DNA of 56,228 bases from an uncultured Oscillospiraceae bacterium. Its GTDB lineage: Bacteria > Bacillota > Clostridia > Christensenellales > QALW01. Every line of letters starts with the position of its first letter. Within the stretch, counting starts at the first letter, position 1. The notes below the pieces were generated by a model. That model ran no database searches. It saw only the letters and a program-made list of their open reading frames with translations, and was not told the origin of the DNA. Both the position numbers and the translations under genes were made by a program. Where the stretch lies: positions 1 to 56,228 of the forward strand of contig CAZBLS010000003.1 in NCBI GenBank assembly GCA_964492705.1. Direction: 5' to 3'. Positions 35,806 to 43,471 of this stretch are shown piece after piece.

Positions 35806-37890
35806 ATGATACTTATTATTGCCGAAAAACCGAGCCTTGCACGGAATATCGCCGCAGGAATAGGCAAGACCGTGCGCCGAGACGGATATATTGAGGGTGA
35901 CGGTTATATTATAACGTGGGCATTCGGTCATTTGTTTTCGCTGTGTGATATCGAGGATTATTCGCCGACGGAAAGCGGACGGTGGACAATGGAAAATCTG
36001 CCGTGTTTTCCCGAAGAATTTAGATTTGCACTTAGGAAAAATGCCGATAAAAAGCCTGACGAGGGCGTAAAAAAGCAGTTTGAAATAATAAAAAGCCTGT
36101 GCAACAGGCAAGACGTGGATAAAATAGTAAACGCAGGAGATGCCGATAGGGAGGGCGAGATAATCGTCCGTCTTTGTATAAAAAATTCGGGAGCGGAAAA
36201 GGAAGAACTTCGACTTTGGCTTCCCGACCAAACGGAGCAAACGGTAAAAAAGGCTCTTGCGGAAATGAAAAGCGAGAGTGAATACGATTCTCTTGCATCC
36301 GAGGGCTTTGCAAGAACTTATATCGATTGGCTCTACGGCGTCAATCTTACGAGGTTTGCAACTCTCAAAACGGGTATTCTTTTAAGAGTGGGGAGAGTGA
36401 TCATTCCCGTAGTTAAGGCCATATACGACAGGGATATGCAGATTAAAAATTTCGTGCCGGATATATACTATTCCATAAAAAGCGCAGAGGAGACCGATGG
36501 GCAGGTTATCGAACTTATAAGCAAGGCGAAATTCGATAAAAACGAAAAAAATAAGGCGGAAACGCTTTGCGGGGAGTACAATAACTGTAAGGCTGTTGTA
36601 AAAAGCATAAAAAGGAAAAAAGAGACGGTTAAGGCAGGCAAACTGTATTCTCTTTCAAAATTGCAAAACTATTTGGGCAAAAAACATAAAATGCCTATGG
36701 AGCAAAGTTTGGCAATAGTGCAAAAACTCTATGAGAGCGGTTATCTTACTTATCCGAGGACAAACTCCGAATATCTTGCCGTTGCCGAAAAGGATAAGAT
36801 AAAGCAAATTATCTTAAACGTAAAAAATATCGGCTATAACGTGACGTTTAAGGACGGGAAGAACATATTTGACGATTCCAAAATCGAATCTCACTCGGCG
36901 ATTACGCCTACATATAAGATACCGAAAAAAGAAAATCTTTCGCCCGACGAACTGCTTGTATACACTGCCGTTATGCGCAGGTTTGCGGCGGTTTTTTGTG
37001 CGGAGGACTGTATTGCCGACAAAACGGAAATAACCGTTGCGGTAGGTGAAAGGGAAGAATTTGTGCTTAAAGGCACGGTTATAGTGGAGCAGGGCTGGAC
37101 AAAGTACGACGATTACAACCAAAAGGACAAACTTTTGCCTAACCTTACAAAGGGTCAGGAAATAAAAATTGATTTTCACCCCTACGAAAAGGAGACCACA
37201 CCGCCTAAGCACTATACAATAGAAACGCTGAACAACTATCTTAAAAATCCGTTCAGAGACGAGAAAAAAGCAGATGACGGCAACGATGATGAGGATTACA
37301 AGGCGATATTTCAAGGCTTGGAACTGGGAACGGAAGCCACACGTACGGGAATTATAGATAATGCACGCAAAAGTGAATATATCGAACTGAAAAAAGACGT
37401 TTACCGTATTTTGCCCAAAGGCGAGTATTTAATAGAATCCTTGGAGCAAATGGGTATTTCAATGGATAAGTACAAAACTTCGCAAATGGGTATAATGCTT
37501 AAAAGTATTTACAGAGGCGAAGCCACAGTGGAAGACGGTGTGCGTGCCGCCCGAAAGGAGATTGCGGAGGTTTTCGAATTTAAGGAAGAACCTGCCGAAA
37601 CGGAAACTTATAACGGCTTTTATATGGAAAAAGTAGGCATATGCCCTCTGTGCGGAAAAGACGTTGTAAAGGGCAGATACGGTTACGGATGTACAGGATA
37701 TAGGGACGGTTGCAAGTTTAAAGTCAGCGGAGTTATTTGCAAACGTGTTATTTCAATCAAAAACGTCAAAATGTTGCTTGAAACGGGTAGAACTTCAAAA
37801 ATACAGGGTTTTGTTTCAAAAAACGGCAAGAATTTCGATGCGTATCTTAAATTGAACGGCGATAAAACGGAATTTGATTTCAGTAGGTAA
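35806..37890 (+). CDS. topB: DNA topoisomerase III (type IA)
   Basis: 694 aa. TOPRIM N-terminus MILIIAEKPSLARNIA, type IA core, C-terminal Zn-ribbon CPLCGKDVV...GCTGYRDGCKF. Confidence 0.9.
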   Translation: MILIIAEKPSLARNIAAGIGKTVRRDGYIEGDGYIITWAFGHLFSLCDIEDYSPTESGRWTMENLPCFPEEFRFALRKNADKKPDEGVKKQFEIIKSLCNRQDVDKIVNAGDADREGEIIVRLCIKNSGAEKEELRLWLPDQTEQTVKKALAEMKSESEYDSLASEGFARTYIDWLYGVNLTRFATLKTGILLRVGRVIIPVVKAIYDRDMQIKNFVPDIYYSIKSAEETDGQVIELISKAKFDKNEKNKAETLCGEYNNCKAVVKSIKRKKETVKAGKLYSLSKLQNYLGKKHKMPMEQSLAIVQKLYESGYLTYPRTNSEYLAVAEKDKIKQIILNVKNIGYNVTFKDGKNIFDDSKIESHSAITPTYKIPKKENLSPDELLVYTAVMRRFAAVFCAEDCIADKTEITVAVGEREEFVLKGTVIVEQGWTKYDDYNQKDKLLPNLTKGQEIKIDFHPYEKETTPPKHYTIETLNNYLKNPFRDEKKADDGNDDEDYKAIFQGLELGTEATRTGIIDNARKSEYIELKKDVYRILPKGEYLIESLEQMGISMDKYKTSQMGIMLKSIYRGEATVEDGVRAARKEIAEVFEFKEEPAETETYNGFYMEKVGICPLCGKDVVKGRYGYGCTGYRDGCKFKVSGVICKRVISIKNVKMLLETGRTSKIQGFVSKNGKNFDAYLKLNGDKTEFDFSR

Positions 37891-37917
37891 AAAAAGTAAA
37901 TAAATCGGTTTTTTTAT

Positions 37918-37925
37918 CATATATT
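37918..37925 (+). promoter_or_regulatory. Candidate mother-cell (sigma-E/sigma-K type) -10 element upstream of sigK
   Basis: CATATATT fits the CATA-nnn-T mother-cell -10 pattern, about 22 nt upstream of the sigK ATG. No confident -35 identified. Confidence 0.3.
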
Positions 37926-37946
37926 CTGTTAGCGGAGGTAGAATAT

Positions 37947-38618
37947 ATGTGTTGGCTGATTTCTTTTATAACTTCATTACGCTTTTTTATAGGGCATATA
38001 AGTTCAAAAAGTACTTTTCCCAAACCCCTTTCCAGAGCGGAAGAAAAAGAATGTATAGAAAAAATGCTTTCGGGGGATAAAAGTGCAGGAGATAAACTTA
38101 TCGAGCACAATATGCGTCTTGTTGCCCATATAGCAAAAAAGTACACGTCGCCTCGGTGCGATGCGGACGATCTTATTTCCATAGGTTCTATCGGACTTAT
38201 AAAGGCGGTAAATTCGTTCAGCGGTGAAAAAAGCAGCCGTTTGGCAACGTATGCATCACGGTGCATTGAAAATGAAATACTTATGTACTTGCGCACAACA
38301 AAAAAACAGCGCAGTGAGATATCACTTTCGGAGCCTGTGGGAACGGATAAAGAGGGGAATGAAATCGCACTTATCGATATACTTAAAAGCGACGGCAATG
38401 AAGTTGCGGAGGATGCGGAAAAAAGAATACGTATAGGTGATATTATCAAAAAGATGTCACAGGTGCTTGACAGGCGTGAACAAAAGGTGCTTGTGCTCCG
38501 TTTCGGATTAGGCGGAAGAGAACCGCTTACCCAAAGGCAAACGGCGGAAATTTTAGGTATTTCAAGGTCATATGTGAGCCGAATAGAAAATAATGCACTT
38601 GAAAAATTGAGAAATTGA
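37947..38618 (+). CDS. sigK: RNA polymerase sporulation sigma factor SigK (pro-sigma-K), uninterrupted
   Basis: FPKPLS..EE, LIEHNMRLVAHIAKKY, VGTDKEGNEIALIDILKSD and ISRSYVSRIE match B. subtilis SigK rather than SigE. About 20-aa hydrophobic pro-sequence. GGAGG SD. Confidence 0.88.
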   Translation: MCWLISFITSLRFFIGHISSKSTFPKPLSRAEEKECIEKMLSGDKSAGDKLIEHNMRLVAHIAKKYTSPRCDADDLISIGSIGLIKAVNSFSGEKSSRLATYASRCIENEILMYLRTTKKQRSEISLSEPVGTDKEGNEIALIDILKSDGNEVAEDAEKRIRIGDIIKKMSQVLDRREQKVLVLRFGLGGREPLTQRQTAEILGISRSYVSRIENNALEKLRN

Positions 38619-38706
38619 CAATGTGTTGTATTTTTCACTTTATGCCCCTACTTATTTCAACAAAATAGGTTAAAATACAAGCGTAAAAAATTTTTCAGGT
38701 GATTGT

Positions 38707-39123
38707 ATGAGAGATAAAATTATCCGATTTATGTACGGGCGTTACGGCGTTGACGAATTAGGCAAAAATATGCTTGCATTTGCGGTCGTACTTTCGGTAT
38801 TGGGGATGATACTTAATCTTTTCTCATTGCATTACGTTCCTTTTCTCTGTTCTTTCGGAAGTATTGTGATAATATGTCTGATCATTTACAGGGCGCTTTC
38901 CAAAAATATCAACAGGCGAGTGCTTGAAAATCACAAATTCTTGGCAAAAACCGAGAAGATGCGAGGGAAGATCAAGTTTGAGCGTAAGCGCTTTGCGGAA
39001 AGAAAAACCCACAGATACGTAAAATGCCCACATTGCAATAATTATTCCCGAGTGCCCAAAGGCAAAGGCAAGATCAAAATTACGTGTAGGGTATGTAAAA
39101 AACAGTTTGATAAAAAAGTGTAA
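38707..39123 (+). CDS. Hypothetical membrane protein with C-terminal zinc-ribbon
   Basis: 138 aa, two TM helices, then a basic region and CPHCNN...CRVCKK. AGGTGA SD. Confidence 0.6.
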   Translation: MRDKIIRFMYGRYGVDELGKNMLAFAVVLSVLGMILNLFSLHYVPFLCSFGSIVIICLIIYRALSKNINRRVLENHKFLAKTEKMRGKIKFERKRFAERKTHRYVKCPHCNNYSRVPKGKGKIKITCRVCKKQFDKKV

Positions 39124-39129
39124 AAACAG

Positions 39130-39158
39130 ACCCGCTTAAACAAGCGGGTATTGCTTTA
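39130..39158 (+). terminator. Intrinsic terminator
   Basis: ACCCGCTT / AAGCGGGT stem, 4-nt loop, ATTGCTTT trailer. Confidence 0.7.
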
Positions 39159-39171
39159 ATATGAGGCAAAT

Positions 39172-39939
39172 ATGGACGAACAAACCGTAAAATTATATGA
39201 ATTTATAAATATCCTCCTTGATGTGGGAGAAAAACTTCTGCTCAGCGGAGGTGAAGTAAGCAGGGTAGAGGGTACGCTTTTGAAAATGACCGATGCTTAC
39301 GGTGCGGAAAAGCGGAGTGTATTTGTTATAACCTCAAACATAGTTATCAGTATCAGGATGCCGGGCGACGTTTACGCCACGGATACAAGGAGAATTCTTA
39401 AAAACGCAAGTATAGATTTTTCCTGTCTTGAAAAGATAAACGCATTAAGCAGGAATTACTGTAAAAATCCCGTTTCAAACGAAGAATTACGCAAACAGAT
39501 CGACGGATGCGAGATAAAAGTAAATAATACCGCATTCGTTCTCGGAAGTGTGCTTGCCGCAGGAGCGTTTTCGGTGTTCTTCGGCGGAACGGTTCTTGAC
39601 GGCATTGTTGCCTCGGTTCTTGCAGTGCTTATTTGTCTGTTTAAAACAAAGGTCTTTCCGTTTTTAAAGTATAATCTGCAATTTAATTTCGCAGTTTCTT
39701 TTGTAACGGGAATGCTTGCTTTGACGGCGGCACGCTTTTTACCATACGTCAGTGCAGATAAAGTTATAATCGGCGATATAATGTTGCTTATCCCAGGTCT
39801 TGCGATGACCAATGCGGTAAAAGATATTTTGGTGGGCGACACTATTTCGGGCGTTATGCGCTTTGTGGAAAGCCTTATGTGGGCGTTGGGGCTTGCAATC
39901 GGCATTATGCTGTCCATATACGTTTGGGGGCTGTTTTAA
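39172..39939 (+). CDS. Threonine/serine exporter family protein (ThrE, DUF1212-type half)
   Basis: 255 aa with a soluble N-terminal part and about 5 TM helices. Paired with the following DUF3815-type half, as usual for split ThrE. Confidence 0.8.
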   Translation: MDEQTVKLYEFINILLDVGEKLLLSGGEVSRVEGTLLKMTDAYGAEKRSVFVITSNIVISIRMPGDVYATDTRRILKNASIDFSCLEKINALSRNYCKNPVSNEELRKQIDGCEIKVNNTAFVLGSVLAAGAFSVFFGGTVLDGIVASVLAVLICLFKTKVFPFLKYNLQFNFAVSFVTGMLALTAARFLPYVSADKVIIGDIMLLIPGLAMTNAVKDILVGDTISGVMRFVESLMWALGLAIGIMLSIYVWGLF

Positions 39940-40379
39940 TGATATACATAAGTTTTATTACCGCATTTTTAGGTGCGGCAGGGTTTGCACTCTTTTGCGG
40001 ACTTCGTCCGAAGTTTGTTCCCGTTGCGGCACTTGGCGGTGTTTTATGTTGGAGCGTTTATTCTCTTTTTGAATATTTTAATTCAGGCATCTTTTTCGCA
40101 AGTTTTACGGCATCGGTTTGCTGTGCGCTGTACGGAGAAATATGTGCAAGGCTGTTAAAGGCACCTGCGGTCATATTCTTTACGCCGTCGATAATTATAC
40201 TGATACCGGGGCGCACGCTTTACTATACGGTTTCCTATATAGTTGAAAACAATTTCTCCATGGCGGCGGAATACGGTTGGCAGACCGCACAGTGCGCCAT
40301 AGCCATTGCTGCGGGTATCGGCGTGATACTTTCACTGTTTTCGGCTGTGGAAAGAATAAAAAAGCGCACTTTAACCTAA
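39939..40379 (+). CDS. Threonine/serine exporter family protein (DUF3815-type half)
   Basis: Trimmed to the ATG at 39939, overlapping the upstream TAA (TAATG). 146 aa with 4-5 TM helices. Confidence 0.8.
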   Translation: MIYISFITAFLGAAGFALFCGLRPKFVPVAALGGVLCWSVYSLFEYFNSGIFFASFTASVCCALYGEICARLLKAPAVIFFTPSIIILIPGRTLYYTVSYIVENNFSMAAEYGWQTAQCAIAIAAGIGVILSLFSAVERIKKRTLT

Positions 40380-40456
40380 ATTTAACAATAATCGTTTTTA
40401 CAAAAAGCAAAATTTAATGTATAATAGACTTATGAAAAAAGTTATAAGAGGTATTT

Positions 40457-41260
40457 ATGAATAAAATTTTGGATGTAAACACAAAAAAAGGTTTTATTTG
40501 CGATATGGACGGTGTTATCTATCATGGTAATAAGATACTGCCCGGCGTACGTGAATTTGTTGAATGGCTTAAAACCGAAAATAAACACTTTTTGTTTTTG
40601 ACCAACAGTTCGGAGCGTTCTCCCAAGGAGTTGCAACAAAAACTTGCGAGAATGGGTCTTGATGTTGGGGAAGAACATTTTTATACAAGTGCTCTTGCCA
40701 CTGCTGATTTCCTTGCTCATCAAAAACCCAACTGTTCCGCATTTGTAATCGGTGAACCCGGACTTATCAATGCCCTTTACGAAAAAGGAATTTCAATGAA
40801 CGACGTTAACCCCGATTATGTTGTTGTCGGTGAAACACGTAATTATAATTACGAAAGCATTCTTCGTGCGGTAAAACTCATTAACGGCGGAGCAAAACTT
40901 ATAGGTACAAACCCCGATATGACAGGCCCATCGGAGCAGGGAATCATACCTGCCTGCAAGGCACTTGTTGCGCCTATCGAACTTGCTACGGGCGCAGTTG
41001 CTTACTATTTGGGCAAACCCAATCCATTAATGATGCGCACCGGAATTAAACTTCTCGGCGTTTCCACGGAAGATACCGTTATCGTAGGCGACAGAATGGA
41101 CACCGATATAATCGCAGGCGTGGAATCGGGAATAGAAACGGTTCTTGTGCTTTCGGGCGTTACCGATTTTAACGTTATGAAAAAATTCCCTTACCGTCCT
41201 TCCTACATATACAGCGGCGTAGGCGATATTATAACGGGTAAAATAGCCGAAGAAAAATAA
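40457..41260 (+). CDS. HAD-IIA family hydrolase (NagD-like sugar-phosphate phosphatase)
   Basis: ICDMDGVIYHG motif I, FLTNSS motif II, GDRMDTDI motif IV. Confidence 0.85.
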   Translation: MNKILDVNTKKGFICDMDGVIYHGNKILPGVREFVEWLKTENKHFLFLTNSSERSPKELQQKLARMGLDVGEEHFYTSALATADFLAHQKPNCSAFVIGEPGLINALYEKGISMNDVNPDYVVVGETRNYNYESILRAVKLINGGAKLIGTNPDMTGPSEQGIIPACKALVAPIELATGAVAYYLGKPNPLMMRTGIKLLGVSTEDTVIVGDRMDTDIIAGVESGIETVLVLSGVTDFNVMKKFPYRPSYIYSGVGDIITGKIAEEK

Positions 41261-41301
41261 ACGATTACTTTGAATTTAAAAAGCAAAACAGAATTATATA
41301 T

Positions 41302-41346
41302 AACAGGTGATCTGCAACGACAGTTGCGTATTGCCTGTTTTTTTGT
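41302..41346 (+). terminator. Intrinsic terminator after the HAD hydrolase gene
   Basis: Outer stem AACAGG / CCTGTT enclosing an inner GCAAC / GTTGC hairpin, followed by T8. Confidence 0.6.
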
Positions 41347-41510
41347 TTGCGATATAAGTTATATTTAGAGAAATACAGAATAAACTGTTTTCACAGATTG
41401 TGTTGACGGAATTCGGAATATACATTTAAAAACGGAAAATTTCGGCGGTGGGCACCAAATCAAAGGATATATTTATTCCGTAATTTAAACAATCACCGAA
41501 CACTGACGGT

Positions 41511-41545
41511 AAAAAAACGGTGCATTTTGATTTGCACCGTTTTTA
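41511..41545 (-). terminator. Intrinsic terminator after the DUF4349 gene (hairpin is bidirectional)
   Basis: ACGGTGCA / TGCACCGT stem flanked by A7 and T5 runs. Confidence 0.8.
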
Positions 41546-41609
41546 ATAGATTGGCATTTGCCGTGATCTTACGCAAAAGTTGAGTTTTCTTGCCCGTTTT
41601 AATTTAAAA

Positions 41610-42482
41610 TCAGTTGTCTTGCGAACTGTTCTTTTTCCTTTTTTTACGACGGGATAAAAAGATTACAAGGAATACTATTCCCGCAGGGATGCACAGGAGC
41701 AACAGATAGGGGATAGACGTTATCAGGAACACGAAAGCATCTGCGAGGAAATCACCGACGGAGGCAAAATTCTCGGTAAGTTTTGCGCCGATTTGCGACC
41801 AAATACTGTTGGATTCACTGCTTACGGTGATACGTGAAACTTCATTAACGGTAATATTAACTGTAACGTATTCAACCAAATTGTCGTAAGTTTTAAGTTG
41901 GGATTTATATGAATCCAAACGGTATATAACGTCGGTCAACTGTGTGCGTATTGAAAGCAGTTCGCTTGTTGAAGTCGCTTTTTTCAGCATAGCTTCAAGG
42001 GACTCCTTTTCCGCTTCCAATGCGGAAATACGGCTTTCTGTATCAACGTATTTTAAAGTTATATCGTCAGTGGAAATTTGCTTACTTGTAACGTTGGATG
42101 CGTTTTCGATAAATTCGTAAAAAGAATCGGTACTGCTTACGGGAATGCGAACTTTGAAAGTGGCATATCTGTTGCTTGATGAGTTATATTCACGTCCCGA
42201 TACGGTTGAGTTTTCAACATATCCGCCGTTTTGCTCGGTCACTTCTCGGATCTTCTCCACGAGAGTATCAAACTCTTTTGTTTGCGCCCTGTACGTTACT
42301 GTTTTGATGATTTTGCGGTCGCTGACGGAAACTTCACTTGAAGCAGCGTCTTCGGTTGAATCGGCACTGTAATTGTATGTGTCACCCGAGACGGAGGGTG
42401 CGGATGATTTATTGCCGTTTGCGCAACCGGTAAACACCAAAACCGTAAGGAGGATAATGGCAAGAAGTATTTTTTTCTTCAT
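41610..42482 (-). CDS. DUF4349-like lipoprotein with coiled-coil region and C-terminal TM anchor
   Basis: Trimmed to the ATG at 42482. Lipobox VFTGC, central coiled-coil-like segment, C-terminal TM helix plus basic tail (RRKKRKK). Confidence 0.75.
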   Translation of the reverse strand: MKKKILLAIILLTVLVFTGCANGNKSSAPSVSGDTYNYSADSTEDAASSEVSVSDRKIIKTVTYRAQTKEFDTLVEKIREVTEQNGGYVENSTVSGREYNSSSNRYATFKVRIPVSSTDSFYEFIENASNVTSKQISTDDITLKYVDTESRISALEAEKESLEAMLKKATSTSELLSIRTQLTDVIYRLDSYKSQLKTYDNLVEYVTVNITVNEVSRITVSSESNSIWSQIGAKLTENFASVGDFLADAFVFLITSIPYLLLLCIPAGIVFLVIFLSRRKKRKKNSSQDN

Positions 42483-42612
42483 TATAAACACATCCTTTCT
42501 TTTGTATATAATAACATCAACAATATGAAAAGTCAATTTTTTTTTTGATGTTGTTGACAGAACGCTCATTTTGTTGTATTATATCGTAAATAAAATTATT
42601 ACGGAGGATATT

Positions 42613-43158
42613 ATGAAAAACTGTATTAACTGTAATTCCGTTTTGGAAGACAACGAAGTATTTTGCCACAACTGCGGTGCAAAAGCGGAAAATGCAAATC
42701 AGGCACAGAACAACGCACAGCAGAACACTCAAAACAATGCACAGGGCAATTGGAACGCAAACCCCAACGGTCAGTGGAATCAAAATTATCAGCCTAACTA
42801 CACATACCAAAATCCTTACGACCATACGGCTGAATTTGATGCAAAGGACGTTTCCGAAAACAAAGTTTACTGTATGCTTGCATATCTTGCAAGTGTTGTA
42901 GGCATTATAATTGCACTGCTTGCAGGTAAAAATTCCAAATATGTTTCTTTTCACATCCGTCAGGCAATAAAGCTTTCGGTTGTACAGATTCTTCTGGGAA
43001 TTTGCGCCGCTGTATTTATGTGGACATTTATCGTTCCCATTGCTGCGTGCGTATGTATGGTAATCGTGTTTGTTTTGCAGATTATCGCATTCTTCCAAAT
43101 TTGCGCAGGCAAAGCAATTGAACCCGCTATTATTCGCAGTTTGGGATTTTTAAAGTAA
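42613..43158 (+). CDS. Zinc-ribbon / Q,N-rich linker / DUF4870-like membrane protein
   Basis: Trimmed to the ATG at 42613 behind GGAGGA. CINCNS...CHNCG zinc ribbon, ~45-aa N/Q-rich low-complexity linker, then a 3-TM C-terminal domain. Confidence 0.7.
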   Translation: MKNCINCNSVLEDNEVFCHNCGAKAENANQAQNNAQQNTQNNAQGNWNANPNGQWNQNYQPNYTYQNPYDHTAEFDAKDVSENKVYCMLAYLASVVGIIIALLAGKNSKYVSFHIRQAIKLSVVQILLGICAAVFMWTFIVPIAACVCMVIVFVLQIIAFFQICAGKAIEPAIIRSLGFLK

Positions 43159-43197
43159 AATAATTCCGAAAAGATAAAAGTAAAATTTGTAAAGTGA

Positions 43198-43240
43198 TAA
43201 AATGACGGCAGACATAAAAAGTGTTTGCCGTCATTTTTTA
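43198..43240 (+). terminator. Intrinsic terminator
   Basis: AATGACGGCA / TGCCGTCATT 10-bp stem, then TTTTTT. Confidence 0.8.
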
Positions 43241-43350
43241 TTGTGTTGCTCTTTTTATTTCTATGTGCAGTCTCATATGTTTGCTGTTTTAAGAAAAGAT
43301 AAGTTTACAACGGCAAAGAAAATGCTATGCAATACCGAACTGTATATAAA

Positions 43351-43390
43351 AGAAAAAGCCTTGCCTGAGGAAAATCCCAAGGACAAGGCT
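43351..43390 (-). terminator. Probable intrinsic terminator after parC
   Basis: AGCCTTG / CAAGGCT stem with partial extension. On the - strand it is followed by TTTTTCT. Confidence 0.5.
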
Positions 43391-43471
43391 ATCTTTGTAT
43401 TTTTATATCATTAGGTTTTTTTGATCTGTTTGGAAACGGATTTTCGAAAACATATGTGAATAACAGGCGAC

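Noticed and set aside
37947-38618. A skin-like intervening element or split sigK
   Set aside because: The ORF is continuous from the pro-sequence through region 4.2 and aligns end-to-end with B. subtilis SigK by eye. No recombinase gene is nearby.
37880-38638. 252-aa ORF on the - strand covering all of sigK
   Set aside because: The + strand frame gives an unmistakable SigK (regions 2 and 4 conserved) with a GGAGG SD. The - strand product is S/I/F-rich with no motif.
41347-41510. ~160-nt unassigned segment between two terminators; possible sRNA or riboswitch remnant
   Set aside because: I found only a poor promoter candidate (TTGACG-17-TTAAAA) and no convincing conserved-looking structure. 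It may simply be spacer. Expression data would be needed.
43202-43414. 70-aa + strand ORF between the DUF4870-like gene and parC
   Set aside because: It begins inside one terminator hairpin and runs through another. It has no SD and an odd Cys/Phe-rich composition.
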